A stretch of DNA of 37,454 bases, from positions 1 to 37,454 of the forward strand of contig JADFXY010000003.1 of NCBI GenBank assembly GCA_015233355.1. The letters are read 5' to 3'. Positions 1 through 8,369 of the stretch are shown here, one piece after another. The position numbers were made by a program, and so were the translations under genes. Under the pieces are notes generated by a model, which did no database searches, had not been told where the DNA came from, and saw only the letters and a program-made list of their open reading frames with translations. The number at the start of each line of letters is the position of its first letter. Positions within the stretch are counted from its first letter, which is position 1. This DNA comes from Deltaproteobacteria bacterium (GTDB lineage Bacteria; Desulfobacterota; JADFXK01).

Positions 1-1165
1 GAATAGGCCGAACAAAGGCATCATCAACCGTCCAAAGAACCCCGCGGTTTTGTTCTTCTTGACTTTTTTGGGCTGCCGCGCCGGGGCGGGAGGCTTTATC
101 CGGCTTTGATTTTTTCCGGCTGTCTGGAGCGATCTGGTCCGGTTTAGGCTCCCAACGCAAAGCCGCGTTGGGTATGAGCAGGACATCTTGGCGCCGGCTC
201 AGGTTGAACTTCACGTTTGCCGTTAAATAAGGCAGCAACTTGCCGTTGGAGTTATCCGTGATGACTTCCACTGTATAGTTAACCACGTTCTGGGTCATGT
301 TGGCGTTCAGCCGCACCTTGCCCACTTCGCCCTGGAATTTATCATTGGGGTAGGCGTCCACGGTAAAGGTAGCCTGTTGCCCCGGACGGATGTTGCCTAT
401 ATCCGCCTCATTCACGGAAACCCAAACTTGCATCCGCTTAAGATCCTTGGCCAGCAAAAAAAGGCTGGGGGCATTGAGGCTGGCCACGACGGTCTGACCA
501 ATATTCACCCGGCGGTCGATGATGACTCCTTTGACCGGAGAAGTGATGGTGCAATAGTCCAGGCTTTGTTGCGCCCGGACCAGGTTGGCTTTGCCCTCGG
601 AGACACTCTCTCTGGCCTGGACGATGGCCGCCCTACCGACTGCCACATTGGCTTTGGCCACCTCATAGGCCGATAAGGCCGCATCATAGTCACTCTGCGA
701 CAGGGCATCCGACGGCCCCAGTTTCTTGGCTCGATTCCAGTCACGCTCGGCTTGAAAGAGTTTGGCCTGAAGTTGTCCCAAATCCGCCTCGGACCGCAGC
801 AATGCAGCTTTGGTTTGCTCTAATTGGGCTTTGGCTCGGGCCACGTCTGACGCGTACAAGACGTCATCGATCCGGGCCAGGACTGTTCCGGCCTCTACCA
901 CAGAGCCGTAATCGACCGTTTTGCCGGCCTGATCCTTCCCGAAAGAGACTATTCTTCCGGCCACCTGAGCGCCGATATCGACCACTTCTTCAGGTTCCAC
1001 CGTGCCCGTGGCGCTGATGGTCGCCAACAAATCCCCTTTTTTCACCGGAATAGTCCGAAAATAAACCGGATTTGTATTGCTTCGATAAAGGAACCATGCT
1101 GCTGCGATGGCCGGCACAACCAACAGTAGGAGAATAAAAACACCACGCTGAACCAGACGATTCAT
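1..1165 (-). CDS. Efflux transporter periplasmic adaptor subunit (HlyD/MacA-like membrane fusion protein); 3' end cut by the window edge
   Basis: Absent from the ORF track because it runs off the left edge. My translation of the minus strand from ATG (1165-1163) stays open for 388 codons to base 2. It reads MNRLVQRGVFILLLLVVPAIAAAWFLYRS...VKKGDLLATISATGTVEPEEVVDIGAQVAGRIVSFG...DYCTITSPVKGVIIDRRVNIGQTV...MQVWVSVNEADIGNIRPGQQATFTVDAYPNDKFQGEVGKVRLNANMTQNVVNYTVEV. It has an N-terminal anchor helix, an Ala/Gln-rich coiled-coil hairpin, and the lipoyl/beta-barrel motifs typical of MacA-type adaptors. Confidence 0.85.
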   Translation of the reverse strand, partial: MNRLVQRGVFILLLLVVPAIAAAWFLYRSNTNPVYFRTIPVKKGDLLATISATGTVEPEEVVDIGAQVAGRIVSFGKDQAGKTVDYGSVVEAGTVLARIDDVLYASDVARAKAQLEQTKAALLRSEADLGQLQAKLFQAERDWNRAKKLGPSDALSQSDYDAALSAYEVAKANVAVGRAAIVQARESVSEGKANLVRAQQSLDYCTITSPVKGVIIDRRVNIGQTVVASLNAPSLFLLAKDLKRMQVWVSVNEADIGNIRPGQQATFTVDAYPNDKFQGEVGKVRLNANMTQNVVNYTVEVITDNSNGKLLPYLTANVKFNLSRRQDVLLIPNAALRWEPKPDQIAPDSRKKSKPDKASRPGAAAQKSQEEQNRGVLWTVDDAFVRPI

Positions 1166-1565
1166 GTAACTCCTTGTTCCTATCGGCTTGTAAGATTATC
1201 AGAAATGCCTTTATCCATACTGTCGGGCATAAGTTCTTTGATACAGGCGTCAAACCGTCTTTATAGTCTAATCATTTGTCATCATTACCTTTCATGATGA
1301 GTTCCCCGGAAAGAATATTGTCAAACATTTATTTAAAACATTTGTTTGAAACAGTCAAGTGTTTTTTCAGAAGCCGCAAAAAGGGACCATGATCAGGCCC
1401 GTTGAGAAGAACTGGATAGGGCCGGCAGCCCAAATAAACATGGCGATTAATCTCGGCAAACATACTGAGATGAACCGCCAGGTGCAAACAAAGAAGGTGC
1501 TTCATGTCCTCTGTCTATATTTTTTATATACAGACCCAACATGGTGGGAATGCCGAATAACCGCC

Positions 1566-2615
1566 CTATAAATCTATCCTAAAGACCGTCCCGGCCTGGT
1601 CTGACCGGTAGCTCAGCTTCCACCCATGCACCTTCTCCAAAATCAATTTGGCAGAATAAAGGCCCAGACCGGTGCCGCCTTTTTTGCCATGGGTCACATA
1701 GGGCTGGAATATCTCGTTTTGCACCTTAGTCGGGATTGGTTTACCACCATTACGCACTTCCAAAGCCAAAGCTCCTTTTGGGTCTTGTTCCAGGGCCAGC
1801 TTTACTTCACCCCCGGCGTCTTCCGCCTCAATGGCGTTCTTGACCAGGTTTTCCAGAACCCGCTCCATTAATTGCCTGTCTGCGGTAAGGACGGGATTAG
1901 CTCCACCGACGTGGTTAAGGACCTGAACCACAACGTGCTTGGTGGCCGCCAGGGTCTGCATGGCTTCCCTTACGCCCGACAAAAGCTCGACCAGATCGAC
2001 TTGATCTTCTTTTCGGTGATACTCCCCCGTCTCCAGGAGGATCAGTTCGCGAGTCGAGTCCAACATCTGCATTGACTTATGTAGTTCACCACGAAGAATA
2101 TCCAGATATTTCACGGCGCGGGGCTCATTGACCACGGCCGGCACCTCGGCCAATCTTCTAGCCGAAAGGCTGGCAATAATCAGTTTGTTCTTTAGATCGT
2201 GACGGGTAATCCGATCCAGCCGATTCCGCATCAACCGATACCGGCTATGCAAGGACAAATCACGGATAATGGCCGTAACATAGAATTCCTGGTCATTGAC
2301 CTTGAGTAGAGAATGGGTCAATTCCATCGGAAATAGTTCACCGTTCTTACGCATTCCCTCCAACTCCTTAACCTCGGACACGTAAGAAGACCGCGAGTCA
2401 ACATTTTGCATAAACCGATTATAGGCCGTCCGATGTCTCTCCAGGTAGGCCGGAGGAATGATGACCTCAAATCCCAGGGTCTCTATTTCCGACTTCTGGT
2501 AGCCGAAAATAGTCTCAGCCATCTTGTTCCAACTCACGATGGTCCGGTTTTTATCAATGGTAATCAGAGCATCGGAGAGAGAGTCAACAATCTGAGTGAC
2601 AAATCTGTCTTTCAT
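1566..2615 (-). CDS. Cytoplasmic PAS-domain sensor histidine kinase
   Basis: 349-aa ORF. The N-terminal PAS is LSDALITIDKNRTIVSWNKMAETIFGY...GELFPMELT...YVTAIIRDLS. An H-box-like RITRHDLKNKL follows. The HATPase_c N-box is LENLVKNAIEA and the G-boxes are GGTGLGLYSAKLI. A GAGGA RBS lies upstream of the ATG at 2615. Confidence 0.85.
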   Translation of the reverse strand: MKDRFVTQIVDSLSDALITIDKNRTIVSWNKMAETIFGYQKSEIETLGFEVIIPPAYLERHRTAYNRFMQNVDSRSSYVSEVKELEGMRKNGELFPMELTHSLLKVNDQEFYVTAIIRDLSLHSRYRLMRNRLDRITRHDLKNKLIIASLSARRLAEVPAVVNEPRAVKYLDILRGELHKSMQMLDSTRELILLETGEYHRKEDQVDLVELLSGVREAMQTLAATKHVVVQVLNHVGGANPVLTADRQLMERVLENLVKNAIEAEDAGGEVKLALEQDPKGALALEVRNGGKPIPTKVQNEIFQPYVTHGKKGGTGLGLYSAKLILEKVHGWKLSYRSDQAGTVFRIDL

Positions 2616-3027
2616 TCATTCCTCTTGGCTCACGATTTTTCGGAGCCGCCTTGGAGGCTATGGTAAGCAGGCCGGAGATGTACCCAGGGCCCAGGTTAGA
2701 TCAAAATAAATTATCACAAAGGCGCCTCTGGTGCAACCATATTAGTGCCTGATCAGGAGGGAAAATCGCTCTCACCGCGGCTGATTCGCATCTCATTCCT
2801 CAGCCTGCCTTAGGGAGCAAGCACGTTTTTCCGGGGCGCGGACGATGGAAATTCGAAGCAAGAAACCCAACTCGGGCCGACCGGGACCACCCGCTTTATT
2901 TTGATTGAAATTTGACCAAAGGTATGTTCTTATGCCCGACGGTAATGGGCCGGGACCGTTAGAAGCGGCCGGAAAACTGGAGTATTCTTTTCATAACAAA
3001 CATATCGGTTACATAGGGAGGCAAACA

Positions 3028-4188
3028 ATGAAGCGGACATTGATTAGTTTCTTGGCGTTCTTACTGATTCTACCATGTGCCGCCTGGGCTGCGGACGTGA
3101 TCAAAATCGGTTTAAATATAGAGCTCACCGGCGATATTCCTGAAGTTGGCGAATTCAGCAAGAATGTAGCCAAATTATTCGAGACCAAAATCAATGCCGC
3201 GGGCGGCTGGGACGTCGGCGGAAAAAAATACAAAATTCAATTCATCATCGAAGACAATGAATCCAAGGCCGAATCCGCCGTCACTGTGGCTACTAAATTA
3301 ATAACCAGCGATAACGTCCTGGTGATGGTCGGTCCCCAAGCCAGCAAGCAAGCCATTGCCGCCGGAGAAGTGGCCAACAATCTAAAGACGCCTATGATTT
3401 CTCCATGGTCCACCAACCCGGCCACCACCCTCAACCGTCCCTACGTCTTTCGAGGTTGCTTCCTCGATGACTTTCAATGTAAAGTAATTGCCAAATTCGT
3501 CACCGAAGAATATAAAGCCAAGAAAGCGGCCGTACTCTACGACATCGCCAGTGACGCGCCCAAAGGTCAGGCCGAGTTTTTCAAAAAGGCATTTGAGAGC
3601 ATTCATGGGCCCGGCTCGGTAACGGCTTTTGAGACTTTCACCACCAAAGACGTGGATTTCAGCGCCCAGTTGACCAAAATCGTCAAATCCGGGGCCGACA
3701 TTTTGTTCACGCCCCAATACTACAACGAAGTGCCTCTGATCATCAACCAGGCCAAACAACTGGGCTGGACTAAACCGATTGTTGGGTCGGACGCCTGGGC
3801 CGGCGGCGACCTGATGGGCATGTGCGGCAAAGACTGTAACGGGTATTTCTTTACCTGCCACTCGGTTTCCAAAGGCGCTAAGGGCATCACCAAAGAATTT
3901 GTCGATAGTTACAATGCAGCTTACCACAAGAACCCGGACAGCGTCGCCGCCCTGACCTGGGATTCGCTCAATATCGTCTTAGCCGCCATCCAAAAAACCG
4001 GCGGACTTACTGGAGACTTGAAAAAAGATCGCCAGGCCGTGACCGATCAAATCGGTAAGCTCAAGGATTTTCCCGGGGTCACCGGAGCATTCACCTACAT
4101 GCCCGGAGGAAACCCGTCTAAATGCGTTCCCATCACCAAAATCGACGCCAAAGAAGGCTTTGTCTTCTACAAGACTGTCTGTCCCTAA
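3028..4188 (+). CDS. ABC transporter substrate-binding protein, Leu/Ile/Val-binding (type 1 periplasmic binding protein) family
   Basis: The ORF track opens at 2905. I place the start at ATG 3028, which follows an AGGGAG RBS (3015-3020) and gives the signal peptide MKRTLISFLAFLLILPCAAWA. The mature part (IKIGLNIELTGD...GPQASKQAIAAG...) is typical of LivK/LivJ-like proteins. It is followed by livHMGF-type genes. Confidence 0.85.
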   Translation: MKRTLISFLAFLLILPCAAWAADVIKIGLNIELTGDIPEVGEFSKNVAKLFETKINAAGGWDVGGKKYKIQFIIEDNESKAESAVTVATKLITSDNVLVMVGPQASKQAIAAGEVANNLKTPMISPWSTNPATTLNRPYVFRGCFLDDFQCKVIAKFVTEEYKAKKAAVLYDIASDAPKGQAEFFKKAFESIHGPGSVTAFETFTTKDVDFSAQLTKIVKSGADILFTPQYYNEVPLIINQAKQLGWTKPIVGSDAWAGGDLMGMCGKDCNGYFFTCHSVSKGAKGITKEFVDSYNAAYHKNPDSVAALTWDSLNIVLAAIQKTGGLTGDLKKDRQAVTDQIGKLKDFPGVTGAFTYMPGGNPSKCVPITKIDAKEGFVFYKTVCP

Positions 4189-4190
4189 CA

Positions 4191-4421
4191 GATTGTTACT
4201 GGTTGCTCGTTGCCGGTTGCTCGTTGCCGGTTGCTGGTGTATAAAACGTTATGCGTGCGGTCCCTTTTGTCATTTCGAGCGAAGCGAGAAATCTTAAGAA
4301 TCCTCACATTCGTTCGGAATGACAGCAGCGTCCGTTCAGAATGATATTGGCTGCAACCCGTAACGCTCAACTCGGAACACACAACATGTAACAAACAACA
4401 AGTAACCTGTAACAAGCAACG
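4191..4421. repeat. Composite nested intergenic repeat: family-C GTTGC-heptad arms flanking a family-A 57-nt palindrome
   Basis: The left arm (4191-4237) contains the tandem 14-mer GGTTGCTCGTTGCC x2.5 (4201-4236). The right arm (4383-4421, ...ACAACAAGTAACCTGTAACAAGCAACG) is its imperfect complement, matching about 19/26 over the best stretch. The A palindrome (4268-4324) sits between the arms, followed by an extra half-site TCCGTTCAGAATGA (4331-4344). Confidence 0.7.
4268..4324 (+). repeat. Family-A 57-nt imperfect palindrome, copy A1 (REP-like element)
   Basis: Sequence is TGTCATTTCGAGCGAAGCGAGAAATCTTAAGAATCCTCACATTCGTTCGGAATGACA. It is 56/57 identical to the reverse complement of 29289-29345. 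The outer 16-nt arms pair as 14 Watson-Crick plus 2 G-T positions, and the centre is around CTTAAG. Confidence 0.85.
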
Positions 4422-4440
4422 TTTTTTGGAGTGCCCACCA

Positions 4441-5352
4441 GTGTTTGACGGTATCATTCAAAATATATTTAACGCCCTTCAATGGGGAAGCTTCTATTCC
4501 CTGATCGCTCTGGGTTATTGCCTGGTTTACGGGGTGCTCCTGTTAATCAATTTCGCCCACGGCGATGTCTTCATGGTTGGGGCTTACCTGGCCTTTTTTC
4601 TGGCCACTTTTTTTCTGGGCGCCGGGTCTCTGCCCCATTGGTTGATTCTGGTTTTGATTGTTCCTTTGACCATGATCTTAACCTCTTTAGTCGGGGTGAC
4701 CCTGGAACGGGTGGCTTATCGGCCCTTACGCCGCAAGGGCGCCAACAAACTATATGTGGTCATCACGGCTCTGATGTGCGGATTAATTTTAGAACATACC
4801 AACTTAGCCATACTTGGGGCCGGCCGGCGCAGCTTCCCCACTTTGGTGGACCAGGCGACAATCAACTTAGCCGGTCTCAGCGTGACCCACCTCAAAATAG
4901 CGGTTATTATAGTCGCCATCTTGGTATTTATTCTACTGGAATTGGTCATCTCCAAGACCAAAATCGGCATGGCCATGCGGGCCATTTCCTATGATCGTTT
5001 TGCCATCCCGCTCATGGGCATTCCTCCGGAAAATATCATTGTCTTCACCTTTGTTCTGGGTTCCGGTCTGGCCGGACTGGCCGGGTTGCTCTTTGCCATG
5101 AGTTATCCCGTGCTGGACCCGTATATGGGGGCGATGATTGGATGGAAAGCTTTTATTGCCGCCGTGGTCGGTGGGATCGGCGAGATCCGCGGGGCCTTGG
5201 TCGGCGGATTTCTCCTGGGCTTTGTTGAAATTATGGCCGTCGCGTTTTTCCCCTCCACCTTTCGGGATTTGATCGCCTTCACCATTTTGCTGCTCATTCT
5301 CTGGAAAAAACCCACAGGACTGTTCGGCGTGAGTCGATACCAAAAGATCTGA
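4441..5352 (+). CDS. livH: Branched-chain amino acid ABC transporter permease (LivH family)
   Basis: Multi-pass membrane protein with the LivH-like N-terminus ...NALQWGSFYSLIALGYCLVYGVLLLINFAHGD and C-terminal GGIGEIRGALVGG. I prefer the GTG at 4441, which lies 9 nt after GGAG. The ORF track uses TTG 4426. Confidence 0.85.
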   Translation: MFDGIIQNIFNALQWGSFYSLIALGYCLVYGVLLLINFAHGDVFMVGAYLAFFLATFFLGAGSLPHWLILVLIVPLTMILTSLVGVTLERVAYRPLRRKGANKLYVVITALMCGLILEHTNLAILGAGRRSFPTLVDQATINLAGLSVTHLKIAVIIVAILVFILLELVISKTKIGMAMRAISYDRFAIPLMGIPPENIIVFTFVLGSGLAGLAGLLFAMSYPVLDPYMGAMIGWKAFIAAVVGGIGEIRGALVGGFLLGFVEIMAVAFFPSTFRDLIAFTILLLILWKKPTGLFGVSRYQKI

Positions 5353-5410
5353 TCTCGATCTTGACTCGAGGACTTCACCAAATATTAAATACGTGGACGG
5401 CAATAACACC

Positions 5411-6487
5411 ATGAAACAATTTTCAATCCCGGCTGTTCTGGCCGTCACTCTGTTTATTCTCATGGGGATGTCCCTCGGTGAAGGGATAAACCTTTACTGG
5501 CAAGATGTGATTATGTTCATGGGCATAAATATCATCTTGTCGGCCAGCCTCAACCTGGTCAACGGCTATATGGGTGAATTCTCCTGCGGACATGCCGGAT
5601 TTATGGCTGTGGGGGCTTACGTCTCGTCATTGTCCAGCGTGGCTTTGTTTACCCGGAGCAGCCTCTTTGGGGCCCCTATTTTATCCGCCGGATGGGCCGT
5701 CCCCCTATTTCCTTTGTGTCTGCTGGCCGGTATGGCTGCCGCGGCTATTTCCGGCCTCCTGGTGGCCATCCCTTCTTTCAAAACCAGGGGAGACTATCTG
5801 GCCATCATCACTATCGCGGCCAGCTTTATAATCAAAAGTTCGATCGAGAACATCAAGCCCATCGGCGGGGCCAGAGGTTTCATGGGCATGGGGCAGGTCT
5901 CTGCAGCCATGTCTGAGACGGCTGATTTGCCCTGGATGATGTTTTGGATCTTTCTGGGCACGGTATTCACCATTTGGATACTGCGGCGATTTGTCTCGTC
6001 CACTTACGGGAAGGGCATCCTGGCCATTTCTCAAGACGAGATCGCGGCCGAAATAATGAGCGTCAATACCAATAAAATGAAGATCGTCGCCTTCATGCTG
6101 TCCTCGGGTTTAGCCGGTCTGGCCGGTGGTCTTTACGCCCACAAGCTGGGCTATGTCAACCCCGGCTCCTTCACTATTCTTAAGTCCACAGAATGCCTGG
6201 TTATGGTCTACTTAGGCGGCATGGGGTCTCTGTCCGGGGCGGTCCTTTCGGCCGTGGTCTATACCCTGATGTTGGAGATACTACGGTTTGTCATTCCCTG
6301 GATAAATGATCTCCTCCACTGGGCACAACTCATCCCGGCCGAATATCAGGTGACTCAAATCTGGAAATGGGTTTTAATCCCGTTGCTCCTGGTCCTGCTC
6401 ATGCAATTCAGACCTGAGGGGATCATGGGCCGGCACGAGTTGGACGACTATTTCCCCTGGATAAAAAAATTCTACCGGTTCAAGTAG
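5411..6487 (+). CDS. livM: Branched-chain amino acid ABC transporter permease (LivM family)
   Basis: The ORF has the LivM hallmark motifs NLVNGYMGEFSCGHAGFMAVGAY and GDYLAIITIA. ATG 5411 (MKQFSIPAVL) is preferred over the GTG at 5393. Confidence 0.85.
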   Translation: MKQFSIPAVLAVTLFILMGMSLGEGINLYWQDVIMFMGINIILSASLNLVNGYMGEFSCGHAGFMAVGAYVSSLSSVALFTRSSLFGAPILSAGWAVPLFPLCLLAGMAAAAISGLLVAIPSFKTRGDYLAIITIAASFIIKSSIENIKPIGGARGFMGMGQVSAAMSETADLPWMMFWIFLGTVFTIWILRRFVSSTYGKGILAISQDEIAAEIMSVNTNKMKIVAFMLSSGLAGLAGGLYAHKLGYVNPGSFTILKSTECLVMVYLGGMGSLSGAVLSAVVYTLMLEILRFVIPWINDLLHWAQLIPAEYQVTQIWKWVLIPLLLVLLMQFRPEGIMGRHELDDYFPWIKKFYRFK

Positions 6488-6497
6488 GTGAATTGTT

Positions 6498-7274
6498 TTG
6501 GCATTACTTGAAATAAAAGAGATGAATCATGCCTTTGGCGGGATTCAGGCCGTCGACCATTTTAATCTGCGTCTGAAAGGCGGGGAACTCAACGGGCTGA
6601 TCGGCCCCAATGGAGCCGGCAAGACGACCATCTTCAACCTGGTCAGCGGCTTTTATCAACCCACCAGCGGACAAATATTTTTTAGGAACACCAACACCGC
6701 CGGCCTCAAACCTCACCGGATCACCGGATTGGGCCTGGCCCGGACTTTCCAGAACATCCGGATATGGCCCGAAATGACGGTGCTGGACAACATCCGGGTG
6801 GCCCACCATCATAGTCTGGGCTATGGGTTCCTGGATTGCATTTTCCGCACCCCGACTTTTCTCCGTCGAGAGCGGGAAGTAACTACGGCCGCCTATGAGA
6901 TTCTGGAGTCGCTAAACCTGAAAGACTACGCCCAAGAGCTGCCGAAGAATCTGCCCTATGGCTTACGGCGGATTGTAGAGATCGCCAGGGCCCTGGCCAC
7001 CAGGCCGGCCCTCTTGATGTTGGATGAACCGGCAGCCGGTCTGACCTCCGCCGATCTGCAAGGACTTATCGATATGATCCGGATGATTCATCAGACTTTT
7101 CAAATCACCATCTGGATGATTGAACACCAGATGCAAGTGGTCATGGATCTTTGCCAATACATTCAGTGTATCGATTTCGGCGTGACCATCGCTGAAGGCA
7201 CTCCAGACCATATCCAGAATAACCCGGCCGTAATCAAGGCCTACTTAGGGGATGATACATTCCAATGCTGTTAA
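6498..7274 (+). CDS. livG: Branched-chain amino acid ABC transporter ATP-binding protein (LivG family)
   Basis: Walker A is GPNGAGKTT, the signature-like motif is LPYGLRRIVEIARAL, and Walker B is LLMLDEPAAGL. The C-terminus NPAVIKAYLG is typical of LivG. The TTG start lies 7 nt after AGGTGA. Confidence 0.9.
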   Translation: MALLEIKEMNHAFGGIQAVDHFNLRLKGGELNGLIGPNGAGKTTIFNLVSGFYQPTSGQIFFRNTNTAGLKPHRITGLGLARTFQNIRIWPEMTVLDNIRVAHHHSLGYGFLDCIFRTPTFLRREREVTTAAYEILESLNLKDYAQELPKNLPYGLRRIVEIARALATRPALLMLDEPAAGLTSADLQGLIDMIRMIHQTFQITIWMIEHQMQVVMDLCQYIQCIDFGVTIAEGTPDHIQNNPAVIKAYLGDDTFQCC

Positions 7275-7990
7275 CGGTCGAGGACCTTCACGCCAATTAC
7301 GGGACCATCGAGGCCCTGCACGGTATATCTCTCCATGTGGCGGAAGGAGAAATCGTCACCCTGATTGGAGCCAACGGGGCCGGCAAGACCACCACCTTGC
7401 ACAGCATCATGCGCCTACCGCCACCGGAAGCTCCCAAAACAGTCAAAGGAGACATCAGGCTTCAAGGAAAAAGTATCCTGGCCACCCCAACCTATGATGT
7501 GGTCAGAAAGCTGCATATGGCCCTGGTCCCGGAAGGCCGGCGCATCTTCGGCAACTTGAGTGTCATGGAAAATCTGACCCTGGCCACCTACGCCCGGAAC
7601 CGAAATGACGACCTGGAACAAGATCTGGACCGGGTATTCACCCTCTTCCCCCGGCTGGCCGAACGCCGAAAGCAACGGAGTGAATCCTTGAGCGGCGGGG
7701 AGCAACAAATGCTGGCCATGGGCCGGGCCCTCATGTCCAATTGCCGGTTTATCCTGCTCGACGAACCCAGCATGGGCCTGGCCCCTTTGCTCATGCAAGA
7801 GTTATTTAAGGCCATGCGAAAGTTAAATGAACACGGCATGACCATTCTACTGGTAGAGCAAAATGCCCGGGTGGCCCTCAGATTCGCCCACCGCGGCTAT
7901 GTCCTGGATACCGGGTCCATCGTGGCCGAAGGGGCTTCCGACCTGCTCCTGAATGATCCCGAAGTCAAACGGGCTTACCTGGGCGGGTAG
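7265..7990 (+). CDS. livF: Branched-chain amino acid ABC transporter ATP-binding protein (LivF family)
   Basis: Walker A is GANGAGKTT, the ABC signature is LSGGEQQMLAMGRAL, and Walker B is FILLDEPSMGLAP. The C-terminus is DPEVKRAYLGG. It overlaps livG by 10 nt, consistent with translational coupling. Confidence 0.9.
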   Translation: MLLTVEDLHANYGTIEALHGISLHVAEGEIVTLIGANGAGKTTTLHSIMRLPPPEAPKTVKGDIRLQGKSILATPTYDVVRKLHMALVPEGRRIFGNLSVMENLTLATYARNRNDDLEQDLDRVFTLFPRLAERRKQRSESLSGGEQQMLAMGRALMSNCRFILLDEPSMGLAPLLMQELFKAMRKLNEHGMTILLVEQNARVALRFAHRGYVLDTGSIVAEGASDLLLNDPEVKRAYLGG

Positions 7991-8074
7991 ATGCGGATAG
8001 ATGAAGAGGAAGCATGTCCCGACATATTGAATCAATGACGGCGGTTCAACACATTACCACAAGGAGTCAAGAAG

Positions 8075-8233
8075 ATGGGCAGATATGTATGCACGGTTTG
8101 TGATTATGTTTATGATCCGGCTGAAGGTGACCCGGAGAATGGTATCGCAGCGGGAACTAAATTTGAAGACTTGCCGGACGACTGGACCTGTCCCTTATGC
8201 GGGGTTCCCAAAAGCGACTTTCGACCTGAGTAA
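8075..8233 (+). CDS. rub: Rubredoxin (52 aa)
   Basis: Not in the ORF track because it is under 60 aa. My translation is [52 protein letters not shown]. It has the two CxxC knuckles (CTVC, CPLC) and the conserved rubredoxin core. An AAGGAG RBS (8061-8066) lies 8 nt upstream. Confidence 0.9.
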   Translation: MGRYVCTVCDYVYDPAEGDPENGIAAGTKFEDLPDDWTCPLCGVPKSDFRPE

Positions 8234-8238
8234 TTCTT

Positions 8239-8292
8239 CCGGGAAACTTAGGACGGCGCCGGTGCTATTATGGGCGGCGTAGTCTTTCCCGG
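8239..8292. terminator. Long imperfect hairpin between convergent rubredoxin and K+ channel genes (possible bidirectional terminator)
   Basis: The outer stem is CCGGGAAA...TTTCCCGG (8 bp) and the inner stem is ACGGCGCC/GGCGGCGT (7 of 8), with a 12-nt loop. There is no clear U-tract on either strand, hence the low confidence. Confidence 0.3.
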
Positions 8293-8369
8293 CGATCTTT
8301 CATCGGCCGGGCAGGTCAAAAGCTGAACGACTGGTGACACTAAATGGTAAGGCTGGTCAAGACGAGGCG

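Noticed and set aside
1329-1505. 58-aa minus-strand ORF (MKHLLCLHLAVHLSMFAEINRHVYLGCRPYPVLLNGPDHG...) with a GAGG-like RBS between the PAS kinase and the efflux adaptor
   Set aside because: I recognise no family for it, and its composition looks non-protein-like. It overlaps the AT-rich putative operator region. It could only be rescued by conservation or ribosome-profiling data.
2905-3027. 41-codon N-terminal extension of the substrate-binding protein ORF
   Set aside because: ATG 3028 follows an AGGGAG RBS and starts a proper signal peptide. The extension would place 41 non-signal residues ahead of it.
4201-4236. Tandem 14-mer GGTTGCTCGTTGCC x2.5 as a possible CRISPR or minisatellite
   Set aside because: There are no spacers, the unit is far too short, and only 2.5 copies are present. 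It is one arm of the family-C hairpin.
4185-4457. 90-aa minus-strand ORF (…SFRTNVRILKISRFARNDK…NRQRATGNEQPVTIC) in the liv spacer
   Set aside because: It is read entirely through the family-A palindrome and the GTTGC-heptad arms. It has no RBS, it overlaps the livH start, and its peptide is just the translation of a repeat that occurs in both orientations elsewhere.
8085-8282. 65-aa plus-strand ORF listed in the ORF track
   Set aside because: It is out of frame with, and overlaps, a textbook 52-aa rubredoxin ORF that has a strong RBS. Its own sequence has no recognisable features.
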